From: Camelus ferus
Taxonomy: Eukaryota
NCBI RefSeq assembly: GCF_009834535.1
Contig: NC_045697.1
Coordinates: 76,448,001-76,512,000 of the forward strand
DNA length: 64,000 nt
Direction: 5' to 3'
Part shown: positions 37,480 to 50,670 of the stretch, one piece after another
How the letters are laid out: each line of letters opens with the position of its first letter
Numbering within the stretch: the first letter of the stretch is position 1
The notes under the pieces: model-generated
Database searches by the model: none
Told to the model about the DNA's origin: nothing
The model's input: the letters and a program-made list of their open reading frames with translations, nothing else
Program-made: the position numbers and the translations under genes

Positions 37480-40400
37480 GAGAAAACTTAAATTGTCATC
37501 TTAATAGATACTGAGAAGAAAAGGAGCAAATTCAACACCTATTCCTGATAGTAAAAAAAATTTTAAGAAATAATAATCAATGGCTATTTCTTTAACACAC
37601 GACTTAGTGAAGAAACACTGGATGCTTTCCTGCTAAATTCAGGAAAAAGGCCATTACCTACACTACTATTTAATATTATGTTTGAAGCATCAGCCAATGG
37701 AATTGGACAAGAGGCTTAAGAATTAGAAAGAAAGAGGTAAAATACCTAGATAACTATCTGGAACCCCCCCCCCAAAATTAATAAAATTAAATACCAATAA
37801 TAAGAAAATGAAGTAAGGCAGTAGAATATAAATTAATAAAAATCACAGCCTACAATAAAAAAAAAGTTAAATGGAGCAATGGAAAAGAGAATGCCATTTA
37901 TATTAGCAAGAAAACAGATTAAATACCTAGAAATAATCTCAATAAAAATGCACAGGCCTATATGAATAAAAGTTTAAAAATAAAGATGAATAAATAGAAA
38001 GACATTCCATGTTCTTGGATAGGATGACTCAACATAATAAAGAGGTCAATTCTCCCCAAGTTAACACATAAATATAACATAATAAAAATGTCAACAAGTT
38101 TTTGTCTGGAGCTAAACAAGTTGAATCTAAAATCTGTATATGAGTAGTTATGTAAGACCTAAAATTACTCTTAATTTTTCACATAAAATATCCTGAAATC
38201 AATAAAAAGCAATCAACCACATGAGGCGAGAAGACAACAAAAACCAAGGGAAATATCAGACAATAAAAAGACATCCTTGGGGCATTCAGATAATGAAGTG
38301 ATCAGTTACAAAACATTAAAATAATTCTCCTAAATATACTCAAGAACTCGAGGAATAAAAATCAAGATTGAAAATTTCTGCAGAGAATGAGAAGTATAAA
38401 CAGAGAAATAAATGAAAAAATTAGACCTAAAAAATACAATAACTGAAATGAAAAACTCATTGGAGTGATACTGACAAGAGAATTAATGAACTGGAAGACA
38501 GTTCAAAAGAAAACAGAACAAAGCATGGAAAAACAAAATGATAGTAAATATTAAGAGTACAGGAAACTGTGGAAGCTTTAAAATATAATCCTAAAATCAC
38601 TGACACTCTATTCATCAAGGGGTGAGGACATATGTCTTCGAATGTTGGGGGCTTGTGGCAGCTTTGACCAATGGTGGAAATGATGCTATGTAGCTTCCAA
38701 GGCTAGATCATAAATGGCCGTGCAGCTGCTACTAGTTCTCCTAGAATACTTGCTTTTTAGATGCTCCCTCTTGAGAGGCTCCCTCTCAGAACCCAGCTGC
38801 CATGTGTGAGAAGCCCAAGCCCCATGGAGAGGCTATGTATAAGTGCTCTTATTGACAGTCTCAGGCTAAGCCTAGCTTCAAGGTATCTCAACCTAGGAAT
38901 TAACTAAAAAATTGTTTAGATGATTCCAGCCTCCAGCCATTCAAGTCCACCTCCACTCACCATGAAAGAAGGACAAACCATTCTCACTATGCCATGTAGA
39001 AATTCCTGACCCATGGAATCCATATGCATAATAAAATGGCGGTTATTTTATGCCACTAAGTTTGAGATGGCTTGTTACACAGCAACTGATAACCAGAAAA
39101 GAGATCTACAGATACAGTGATAAGAATACAGTGTGTAACTAGAGTCCCAAAAGGAGAGAAGAGAATGGGGCAGAAGCAATATTTGAATAGATAATGGCTG
39201 AGAATTTTCTAAAACTCATGAGAGATATCAATATATAGATATAAAAGATCCTACAAGCTCCACAAAAGAAATAAAGAGAAAAGCATGCCTAAGCACATCA
39301 TAGTAAAACTACTGGAAACCAAAACTAATGGAAGCCCAACCTAAAGAGAAAATGTTACAAAAGGCAGCCAGAAAAAAAAAAAAAAAAAAAAAACAAAAAC
39401 TTTCCTTTAAAGGAGTAAAAATAAGAATAATTTGACTTCTCAACAGATCATGGTAGCCAAAAAACAATAAAATGATATTTTCAAAGTACTGAAAAAAAAA
39501 AACCTGCCAATCTTGAATTCTATATTTAGCATAGCAGAAGTTAATTCTAATTTTGGCTTGGTTTGTGGTCACCTGATTAATAACCTTAGTTACATCTGCA
39601 AAATCCCTTTTGACATGTAATATAACATAATTACAAGAGAACCAACATGGGGCAGAAGTCATTGAAGGCCATCTTAGAACTCTTAGCCTTTGCATACCAC
39701 ATGTACTCCATGACCCATCAATTCCAGATCTAGGTGTATACCCAACTGAAATGTGTACATTATCTTCACCAAAACACAAGTACTACAATATTTACAGCAG
39801 CACCATTCATAACAGCCCAAACTTGGAAACTACTTGATGTCCCTCAACAGGAAAACAGTGGTATGTTTACTCAATGGAATTCCACATAGCAATAGGAAGA
39901 AAAAATAATATGCATGTATCTTACAAACATAATTTTGAGCAAAAGAAGTCAGATATAAATAATACTTCTCATTTATATAAAGAACTAAAATTGGCAAAAC
40001 TTTATGGGGCAGAAGTCAGAATAGTGGTTACCTTTGGAAACAGGGAGAGAGAATGTAAGGGGCACAGAGAGGACATTTGGAGTGCTGATAATATTGTGTC
40101 TTCATCTAGGTGCATCCAGTTTGTGAAAAATTTATCAAACTGTAAGGGTATTATTTGTGTGAAGATTTTTAATTACTGCTTCAAACAAATCTTAGAAAGT
40201 CCAAAAGAATCTTTACACAAATTACTAGAAATAATAGAATTTATCAAGATGGCAGAAGGTAAAATTAATATACAACCAACAGGATTTCTATATACCAGCA
40301 ACAAAAAACTGGACTATCTAGTTTAAAAGACACCATTCACAATAGAATTAGAAAATGTCAAGTACCTAAAAATTAATCTAACAAAAGGCAAATCTTTATA

Positions 40401-41260
40401 GACAAAGTATTAAATTTATTAAGGGCCATTAAAGAGGACTTAAATATACAGAGAGATATGCTATATTTATACTTACAAAAACTTCATTTTATAAAAATGT
40501 CAATTCTCTCATTGATCCATAGATTCAATACAAATCCAAACAAATTCAGATTAGCTGACTCTAAAATGTATCTGGAAAAGAAAAAGTCAAGAATTTTCCT
40601 TCTGAAAAAGAAGAAAAGGTAGTACATATTTGCCCTTCCAACAGTTAGGATTTACTAAATTTAGAGAGTAAAGAACTCACAGAGACAAGACCAGGGGAAC
40701 AGAGAGTCAGAAACAGATCCACACATGTATGGAACACTGGTATATGACAGAGATAACATATTAGATTGGTGGGGGAAAGGGACTATTCAGTAAATAAAGT
40801 TGGGAAAAAATGAGGTTAACGTATGGAAAGGAAGAAAATTGTATCCCTAACTCAGTATACACAAAAGTCAACTCTAAATAAGTTGTAACAAGACTTTAAA
40901 TCATTAGTAGAAAATCTAGGTGAATATCTTACAGATTTCTGAGTAGGAAAGGGTTTTAGAAACAAGACACAAAAAGCACAAACTCAAAAAAGATAAATTT
41001 GATATTAAAATTAATAACTTTTACAAAAAAATCCCTTAAATAAATAGGTGTTAAACCTCAAAGTTTCACAGCCCAAGACAGAAAAAAGTGAGATAGGTTA
41101 GTCTTATTTCAATTTTACAAAAGTTTATGAAATATCTAGTAAGTGTACACAGAAATTAATCAACAAAGAACTAAAAGAAAGATTAATAGAAACAAATGAG
41201 GTTTTTGGAAATGTTTAATAAGATTGCCACATCTCTGGCAAAACTGATCAAGAAAAAATG
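37480..41260 (+). mobile_element. Cluster of old L1M ORF1/ORF2/3' fragments
   Basis: AGACATTCCATGTTCTTGGATAGG, GATAATGGCTGAGAATTTTCTAAAAC, CAGCACCATTCATAACAGCCCAAAC, GGAAAGGGACTATTCAGTAAAT. Confidence 0.75.
38568..39100 (+). mobile_element. MLT1E/F-type LTR inserted in L1
   Basis: CCCAGCTGCCATGTGTGAGAAGCCCAAGC, TTTTATGCCACTAAGTTTGAGATGGCTTGTTACACAGCAACTGATAAC. Confidence 0.75.
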
Positions 41261-42965
41261 CAAATACAGATTGAAAGAGAAGTCACGTTATAGAACTGGG
41301 TTAAGTATAATAAGGGAAACTGATCGTGAGACCATTATTTTTATCTACTGGCGTGGAGGTGGGCACGGAAAGCTAGGTAGCACACACTAGGTACACTACA
41401 GTGTGCTAAGGGTTCCCATCTTCTGTTATACTCAACTGCCCAGCATTCTCCAGAAATAGAAAGAATATATATCCCAAGTAAATGCATTCATTTGTTCATT
41501 CATTAAGAAGCCACATTTAACTCTCTATCCAGCCTCCATCTTAATGCCTGGTACAGAGACAAAAGGGATTACAGAGGACAAAAAGTGAAGGACTGGGAAG
41601 GAGAGAAGTAACTATGACAAGGTCAGGGAGAAGTAGCTATGTGAGAGTAGGCAAAGGAGGGGATATAACCAGAGCCTCCCATCCCGTGTGACAACACAGA
41701 TGGCAGTGCTGTGAGGCACGATGGGCAGGGTACCTGCCCTCAGTCACTTGCCTGCTTTCTCACCTCGGTAACTGAACTGGAAAACCTAGAAGGGAACCTG
41801 AGTTGGACACTGGGATACTTTATTCAAGTTGTCTCTTCTGGGTCAAGGATACTGGCTGGGTCACTGCATCACTGGACATTGCTCTCAGATTCAGGAAACA
41901 GCTTCACCCACGGTCAGGGAGCAGCGAGACCAAAGACTGGCTGATGTGGGTCTGCAAAAGTCCAGCTTCCCTGCCAATTTGGGACAACTAAGAGCCCGCC
42001 TAATTCCAGGGCTCCCTGTTGGAACAGCTGAGGTCTCAGTTGCAACCACATTGAGGGTCCCCAGGTCCTACGTTCCTCACGGGAGCATTTTTAAAGAGTA
42101 CTCTCCCGTACCCCAGCATATAACTCTCTCTCAGTATGTTTCCAGGGAGCCTAATTTGAGATTAAAAATGTAACGACCCTTTTAAGCATTCTTCCTTAGA
42201 GCCTAGGTGAAGTGTTCTTTACTTTTTTGGAGGTCATGAACCCCCTTGACAATATAATGAAAGCTAAGAACTCTCTCCTCAGAAAAATACAAATAGGCAT
42301 TAAGAAATGTAAACTTTTACATGCTATTTTAGTGGGTTTTATTCCTTCCTCCACATCTTTGAGATGCAGCTCAAACTCTACCACTCATGTGAAGTCTCGA
42401 GAAACTCTATATATAATCTTAAGATTAGCCACCATTTACTGAGCACTCACTCTCTACAAGGCACTGTGCTAAGTGCCTTAACTTTATGATACCTTTGATC
42501 ACGACAAAACTCTGTAGAGTAGTTACTAATACCTTCTTACAGATTTAAGGGCTCGCCCAACGGAACACAGATAATAATTAGCAGATATAGGATTAAAATC
42601 CTGATCTTGTAAAGCTTGTACTTTGAATGAATGACAAGAAAAAGAAAGGGCGGTTAAAGGCAGCAACTCCTCGAAGGTCACCTAATGATAACTGTCAGAA
42701 TTGGGATTTAAACCCAGGTCTAACCCCAGATCTGACGCTCTTTAGGTAAAATGTGTCATAGCGCCCATGGGAACGGAAAAAACCTTATTTTGTCGCACCT
42801 CTGCCCTATGCAGCTCCTTTGTCATTAGCGCTTGTTCCAAAAGATCTTTGTGTGGCGCTGTCCCCGACGGATGAGGCGCATCCCGGCCTGCGGAACCGCG
42901 GCACGTCGCTTTACGTACAACGTAGCGGTGCTATGAAATCCCGCCCACTAAGGGGAACTGCTTAC

Positions 42966-43010
42966 CTTCCGTACAACATGGCGGCATTCTCTCCGCCTCG
43001 CCTCTTCCTA
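42966..43010 (-). ncRNA. Candidate first exon of a divergent lncRNA (RPL34-DT-like); 5' end unknown
   Basis: Minus-strand donor AAG|GTAAGC with the intron starting at 42965, about 100 bp upstream of the RPL34 TSS inside the CpG island. Human has an RPL34 divergent transcript. Confidence 0.45.
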
Positions 43011-43061
43011 TGACGTGACTTCCTATCATGCGCAGTCATATTTGGCCTTTGAACTCGCTGG

Positions 43062-43097
43062 CCCTTCCTTTTTCCTCTTCCGGGGACCGATCTAGAG
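43062..43097 (+). other. RPL34: RPL34 non-coding exon 1 with 5' terminal oligopyrimidine (TOP) tract; exact TSS uncertain
   Basis: CCCTTCCTTTTTCCTCTTCC (43062-43081) followed by GGGGACCGATCTAGAG and donor GTATGG at 43098. This is the typical ribosomal-protein TCT/TOP start and resembles the human RPL34 5' end as I recall it. Confidence 0.85.
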
Positions 43098-43550
43098 GTA
43101 TGGATGCTTTTTCTTTCTCCTGTCGCTACTGCCTTTAGAATCGGCCGCCATCCGAGGAGTTGCCGGAGCCGGGATCTCTCAGGGACAGTCGTTTGAGCTG
43201 GCGTGGGAGTAAGGGCTCAGGAGGAAGGTTGGTGGTGTGCAGTTCCCCGGCTTTTAGCTTCAGATACCCCTCGATCCCAGTCTCCACTCCGAGCAGTTAA
43301 GTGGCCTCAGTTCACCACCACTGACTTTGCCGCCTTCGCCTCCGGCGTTCGGAGACAAACGAGTTGTGTTCCGGCTGGTTGAGACAGCGAAATCACGGAA
43401 CGTGCTCGTATCTTAGGCCCACGTTTTAACCCCGCCTCTGTAGCTGTTCTCTAGGATTTGGGAGGGCCAGTGAGTGGCATATTCGGATCATTTCAGAGTG
43501 TTTTCTTTTCCAAGACCAATAGCATGGAAGATAAAAAATGTTTTAATAGG

Positions 43551-43701
43551 GCAACATGGACCTCCTGTACAGTACAAGAAACTATGTTCAGTATCTTGTA
43601 ATAACCTCTAATGGAAAGAACCTGAAAAAGTGTGTATGTGTATAGCTGAATCTCTTTGCTGTACACTTGAAACATTGTAAGTAAACTATACTTAAATTTT
43701 T
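43551..43701 (+). mobile_element. Short L1 3' end in RPL34 intron 1
   Basis: Homologous to 26120-26290. 18-bp TSD with 2 mismatches (43533-43550 and 43702-43719). Confidence 0.85.
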
Positions 43702-44509
43702 AAAAAAAGTTTTAACAGGAAGTTTCCTGTCTTGGTTTTGGAGAGGCATACGGACTAGCAGCTGATTGGGTCACTCGCCCTGGCCTTCCGTGTTGGTTTT
43801 GGTTTCTGACAGTTACAGTATAATGATAGTAAGGAACTTGTAACAACAAATGCATTTTTTTTTTTAAATAACACGTTGTGATGAAATAGTTAAGAAGATT
43901 TGGGATAACAAATTAGGTTGGCTCAAGTCTTGCTTATGTTTTGAAGAGCGAAGTCGTTCATTTGCGTAGCTGTATAACCGATTTGCTAAAAAACATCATT
44001 CAGTAGTACTTCTAGTTGTTAAGTGTGGGCTGGGGGACCCAGTTAGCTGCCATAATCCAGAGACATTTGGTCCAATACCAAAATTAATAAGAATAGCACT
44101 TAACTTGACCAAGATACTATTAGGAGCAAAACATTGAACGCCGAGCAGCTACTATGTGGGCAGGCACTATGTTGGTCAGGATGCCTCTTGTCATTTAATC
44201 CTAATGACAGTTGTGTGAACTAGGTAAAAACTATATTTTAGAGATAAGGAAGCCAGCTCCTGGCGCTTTATAGTCCCAGTAAATGGCATGGCTAAGGATT
44301 CAACTTAAATTCTCTGGTGTGCTCTTCCTTTAAAACCAGCGTTTCTCAAACTTGCCTTTGGTAGCAATTTTCCGGACACCGCTCCAGATGGAATCAGTTT
44401 CAGTAGGAGAGAAACCTGTAATTGTAACCAAGTGCTCTGCATTTGGTTACCATTAGGAAAGCAAACATTGCCTCTTAGCATTCTTACCAGTTACCTTTAG
44501 ATGTAAGTG

Positions 44510-44792
44510 TAGCCATCCCTGAGTATCCTGGGGGATTGTTCCAGGGCCCCTGAGGATATCAAAATCTGTAGATATTCAAGTTTCCTTATGTAAATCCTCC
44601 CGTGTACTTTAAATCATCTCTAGATTACCTGTAATAGTAATGCAGCATATATGGCTGTGTAGACGGTTGTGGGCACGTGGCAAATTGAAGTTTTGCTTTT
44701 TGGAACTTTATGAAATTTCTTTCCCCAAAATATTTTTGATGCACGGTTGGTTGAAACTGGGTGCAGAACCTGTGGATACAGAGGGCCAACTA
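44510..44792. mobile_element. MER2/Tigger-family MITE in RPL34 intron 1
   Basis: Inverted termini AGCCATCCCTGAGTATCC and GGATACAGAGGGCCAACT, plus GGGGATTGTTCCAGGGCCCC. Confidence 0.75.
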
Positions 44793-44950
44793 TAGTTTTA
44801 AAATACAGACTCCTTTTCATGAAATATCTTAATATAAGGATATTATATTTAAGAATGTACATGGATAATAAACTTTGTGATGCTGTTTTAAAATTTGAAT
44901 TTTTTCTACAATGCAGTTTTATTTCATTTTTCTCTATTTAGGCATTCAGA

Positions 44951-45320
<370 letters not shown>

Positions 45321-45451
45321 TGATCCAAATCTGTGAAGGACATAGACTTTCTTTTAAAGCCTATATGACAAATTCAGTGAAATGCCTTTCAGATAAATCA
45401 GTTTATCATTTCCCTCTGTAACCTTGTTTAATGTTTACACTTAACACTTAG

Positions 45452-45625
<174 letters not shown>

Positions 45626-47822
45626 TAAATAATAATGAAGTCAGGCTATCTTAAACAAGTGTATGTGTTGCATTGCATGCTAATTATTATTAGAAGACTG
45701 GTGAAGAAATAACAGAATTTGCATATTCTAGAATCCTTAACTAGGGATAATTGGTGCTGTACATGATAATAAATGATATTAGTTCAGATTAATTCGGTTG
45801 TGATTTGGAACATCTTTATGCTAGATGTAGAAACTAAAAGGACTTGGAGGGGCAGGTAAGGAACTCCTAGTGATTTGGTCTGTCAGGTTGATGGAAAGTC
45901 TAAGAACGGCGTAGCTATATATAGTTCCAGTGTGGCTGGAACAGCATTGTGGGAGATGGTACACAGGAAAGGTGGAAACGTCACAGATAATGAAGGACCT
46001 CATAAGCCAGGTTTTTAGCTTGATCTTTACAAATAGGGGAAATGATGGGTTTTGAGCAGGGCAGTGAAACCTTTGGTGTGCCAGAAACTAAAACTGCAGC
46101 AGGATGGATAGTGAAGTCGCCTTTCTACTAAAGATGAGTGGTTGGAAGAGTTTCTCTTCTTTGTGAAGGCTAAGGAAATGACATCTACATTAAGACCTGA
46201 AGGCTGGACGGGGTTAGAGGTGGGACTATTGGGAGAGGACGCGGTCTTGTGACTGTTAAAGGACTGGTAGTAGCATAGGTAGGAGTGGAAGCAGGGGGTT
46301 AATAATGGTGACCTTTGCTCAGCATTTTTATGATAACTGTCAGAAGTCCATCAGGGAGGTGTTTTCTATTCTCATTTTCTGTGGAGAAACCAAGGCTTGT
46401 TGCTTAAATTCATAAAGCTGTTAAGGGGCAGCATCAGGATTATTTCCAGATTTTGTTGAGACTCTTACTCTTAATTAACCGTACTGTCTACATTAAATTG
46501 ACTCCAAAGACCTAAGTGGAAAGGTTTGAGAGGTGATTGGCCATTACAAGTGAAGAAATTGGTTTAGAGGAATAGTTTGCCTCCAGTTTAGTCAGCTTAT
46601 TCTATCAAGTGGTCTGGCCAAGTCTACCAAATCTGACACCAAATGTTGCAAGTTCATTCTGCCTTTCAGGAGTTAATTTGTAAGGGGATGATTAGGCATG
46701 TTAACGTTAATACAAATACAAGCTAAATAAAACTTGCATAAGATAGGAAAACTGGTTGAAGTTAGAGGAGAAATAGCTTTCAAGTAGCTGAGAATCTGGA
46801 AATAGTATTTGAGGTGGAATCTGAATGATGGGTGAGTTTCGGACATGAGGTACAGAGGGCATTGCAGGCAGAGAAAGAACATAGTTTGATCTGGCACATT
46901 GAGAGTGTAAAATGAAGATTGAGAAGTGAAGTCTGAAAGGTATGTTGGAGATGAATGGATTGTGAGTTTTAAGCTACAGGAATTTGGCTTTTTACCAGTG
47001 TCTGGCTCCCAGACTTTGCTAAACATAACCACATGACCACATTTATTAAAAATACAATTCAGGCCCCAGCTTCTGGATATTTGGGTTTAGATCTATAGAA
47101 TAGCATTGGCTGTTACATTGAGGGGAGTCTGCAGTCTTTGCTCTGAGTAAGAGTGAGCTGTATTTATGTAATGTGATTACATCCCAGACATTCGAAGGAG
47201 TCAGAAATCCCAGGGTTCTGAGGGTAGATTATTATAACCAGGGATACCAGTAGGGAGCATAGATGGGGTAGGTTTCTGTGGGAATTAAATGAGAGCTTTA
47301 TCTCTAGAGGTAGCTTTGAGTTAGCAAGTGGTAATATGGACCTTCTGTTTCCAGGTCCTATGCGCAATAATAATAGTGATCAATAAAATGCATTTTGTCT
47401 CTAAATGGAGGTTCAAAGCACAGAAATTGCAAATCCTTCCAAATTTAATATTTTTAAAAACCTTGAGAAATAGGAAATTTCTAAGACACACTGCGAATCA
47501 AGTAATACCATTAGTCCTGGATCCTAATAATGAAGTGAGGTTAAATGAAAGCTATCATAAGGAGCAGTCTGCTGTGGGGGTGATTTTATAGCTTATCATG
47601 GCTCAGAAGAGGAGGGCAGGTACTACTGGCATAGAATTGAAGAATTACCCTGTTCTAAATTCCAGTGTAGGAAGGAGACCTTAGGCTGAAAGGGTCCATA
47701 TTATTCCTGCTCTTAAGTTTTAAATCTGTATTTGTATGGGTTTCATTTACTTTTCTGGGTATCTTCACTGATTGCTTTACTCAGTTATGGTACTTTTCCT
47801 GCCTGTGTTAGTCAATTTTTAA

Positions 47823-47939
<117 letters not shown>

Positions 47940-47960
47940 AAAAAGGAAGCTTTTTTGAGT

Positions 47961-48008
47961 AATAAAGTGAAAAGGCCTTGTTCTGTTAATTTCTGTTGGT
48001 GATTTGTT
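47961..48008 (+). terminator. RPL34: RPL34 polyadenylation signal and downstream GU-rich element
   Basis: AATAAA at 47961-47966, followed by TTGTTCTGTTAATTTCTGTTGGTGATTTGTT (about 47978-48008). Confidence 0.85.
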
Positions 48009-50504
48009 AGTGTGCAGGTTTGGTTTCTGTGGTAACTAGAGAGCCCCATGATTTTAGTTGATTACTTTTTCTGAAAGTAATTGGAGGTCAATGATGGCTA
48101 GAATTTTTTGATGGCAGCTCTAGACAGCAATAAAATAGGGACCTTAATATATTTTCTCTTAGAAACTATGTTGTATTGATCCTGGTGCCTCTTAATAAAA
48201 AGTATGTAAAGGGTTTTAATAAAAGCTCATTCTTAAAGTGCTTAGACTGTATCAAGCATCCCTCCAAGTATTCTACATAAGCTCTTCTGAACTGTCTTCT
48301 AAGACCATTTCATGAACTGCTGAGGACTTACCAGGTTTCTGCAAAATAAGTGGGTTAACTTAGCAATTTGAGAAAGCTAAAGCATTATAGTTACATACTT
48401 TTAAAAATTCATATGTTAGATGGTTTAACCTTTTATAAATTTGAAACGTTTTCACTTTTCAAATGAAAACTTTTCAACAACTATAGACAGTTTAGTAAGT
48501 ATGGGAAAGAATAGAATCCCCTTTGACTTCAGTATACAAATAATCAGTTTTAACAGTTCGGTGTCTTTCCCCCGTTTCGTTTTCTAGATACAAGACATCA
48601 TAAAATTGTTCATATACTATATGTGTAAATTTTCAACCCTTTCGCCCCCACTTAACAAATATGCTGTCCATAAGACTACGGATGTGAAATACACCTGAGT
48701 GGTGACCATTCCTTCACCTGTGTTTAGCCACTGTTTTTGATCACAGACCACACTTAAAGGTCCCTTTGCTAACGTCTCCTCTTCACCTTACACTGTCACA
48801 CAGTTTGGTCCAGTTCCCTCCTCTCACCCCACCTCTTGCAGCACTGCGGATTTCATCTTGTGTGTACATAAGAGCATAGGTTGGTGTGAACATAGCAGCA
48901 CCGTCCAAGTGACCAAAATGGATTCCTTACTGTTCTAGGTTTTGATTTTGTAAAAAAAAAAAAAAAAAGGCGATTTATTGAATCCAGTTCTCTGTGTGTG
49001 ACTTAAAGTGTTCTTGACAGGTTCCTAAAAAGACATGTGAATATAGTCAGTGGTTTCTTTTTAAAGTCTCGTGTTTCTCCTTCCATTGAATTGCTTATAA
49101 ATTCTATTAGAAGGATGGGGGAGGGGGGATTCTTTCACCCTTAAATGTAGAAAATCTCCATATGTTTTAAGTAAATCGAGTTTATTTTCAGCAGTGTAAT
49201 AGCATACCTGCATTTTTTTTACCCTGATTTGGAGCTTGAGATCCCAGAATTTAGATGGGGCTATGTCTAGCTTATAACACCAACTAAGATCATACACAAT
49301 TCTTGTGGAGTAAGATTGTGAAGCAGGGCTGAATATTATGCTTGTTCTCTTGAGTTAGATTACTGATTGCTAGTAAGAATTCTACAATTATTAGTACCAA
49401 TAGAGCAAGTTGTGTGGAGTCAGCTCATCCCAGCTGTGAGAGTTAGTCATGTGCTTCTCTGTCCAGCTCTGTGTTTAGTGATGTCAGTTTGGTACCTTGA
49501 TGTTGGCATGGTGGGAGTATTTACACCTGGGAAACCAAATGCTACAAAATCCTTTTTGCCCCCAGGAAACTTGATACTAAGTACTATTGGCAAGTCACTG
49601 GATATTATTTAAGTTACAATCTGTTATCACAACTTAGGTATGATGCTGTTGGCACCGGGAACTCTACATATATCTGGTACATATTTGGTAATGATTTGCA
49701 CTTAAAGGTTTTTTTGAAATAAACTCTTATACTTTGTAAGTATTCTGGAATTTGATTTTATAAAATACAAAATGGAGCTTTTATTGAATCCATTATGTGA
49801 AGTTATGTGAATGTAGAGGAAAATAATTTAAAATCTTGCAAAGGTATAAGTTTCATCTCTAAACAATGAAAATTATATATGACAAACACTGTATTCTAAA
49901 CCAAGAGTATTAAAGTTGACTATCTTCATGAATTTCTAAAGGATAAAATCCATAATAATTCTGAATCAAAAGATACTTTCTGCCTTGTTTCCTGTTCCCC
50001 TACCAAAAAAAAAAAAAAAAAAAAGATACTTCTGGTTTCCAAAATATTAGCATGTCAGTAATTTAGGGTAAGTCTTAAATGTTTTTGGTCAATTTGAAGG
50101 ATTATGTAGATATTTTTGCCATACATTTTACATTACTATGTAACTTGCTTTAGATTTCATTCACCCAACAAGTATTTATTAGAAACTACTATGTTTCAGG
50201 AACTGCTGCTTGGTGAATAATACAATAATCAGAGCAGACTTCCCCAGCTATGGTACATTGGGGGACCCGTAAATTGAAGATGCAAGTTTTTAATTGCACC
50301 CATTAGGATAAGAATCGAAAAGGAAAAGTACACAGTGCTGTGAAACCATGTAAGAAAGGAACATCATGGGGAGTGAAGGGAGGCTTTTCTGAGGAAGTCA
50401 CGTTGAAGCTTAGAACAAGGAGATGTTAGCTGGGTGACAAGTAAGGAGAACATTCCCGACATAAGAACCAACATGTATAAATGCCCTGAGTTGAGAAATA
50501 GCTT

Positions 50505-50670
50505 GTATACATGCTACTATATATAAAGTAGATAAACAAGGACCTACTATATAGCCCAGGGAACTATATTTAATATCTTGTAATAACCTATTATGGGACA
50601 AAATGTGAAAAAGAACTATGTAAGCTGTCACTTTGCTGTACACATGAATCGTAAATCAGCTATAAAGAAA
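50505..50670 (+). mobile_element. Short L1 3' end
   Basis: GATAAACAAGGACCTACTATATAGCCCAGGGAACTATATTTAATATCTTGTAATAACC, same family as the copy at 26096. Confidence 0.8.

Larger units (their letters stand above)
42760..43490. promoter_or_regulatory. CpG-rich promoter / CpG island of RPL34
   Basis: Dense CpG compared with the flanks. YY1-type CAACATGGCGGC at 42974-42985, CRE-like TGACGTGA at 43011-43018, ETS-type ACTTCC at 43018-43023, NRF1-like TGCGCA near 43029, intronic YY1-type GCCGCCAT at 43144-43151. Confidence 0.85.

Noticed and set aside
39309..40326. The two longest ORFs (156 and 150 aa)
   Set aside because: They lie in decayed L1/LTR sequence, span a homopolymer or element junctions, and have no coherent gene structure.
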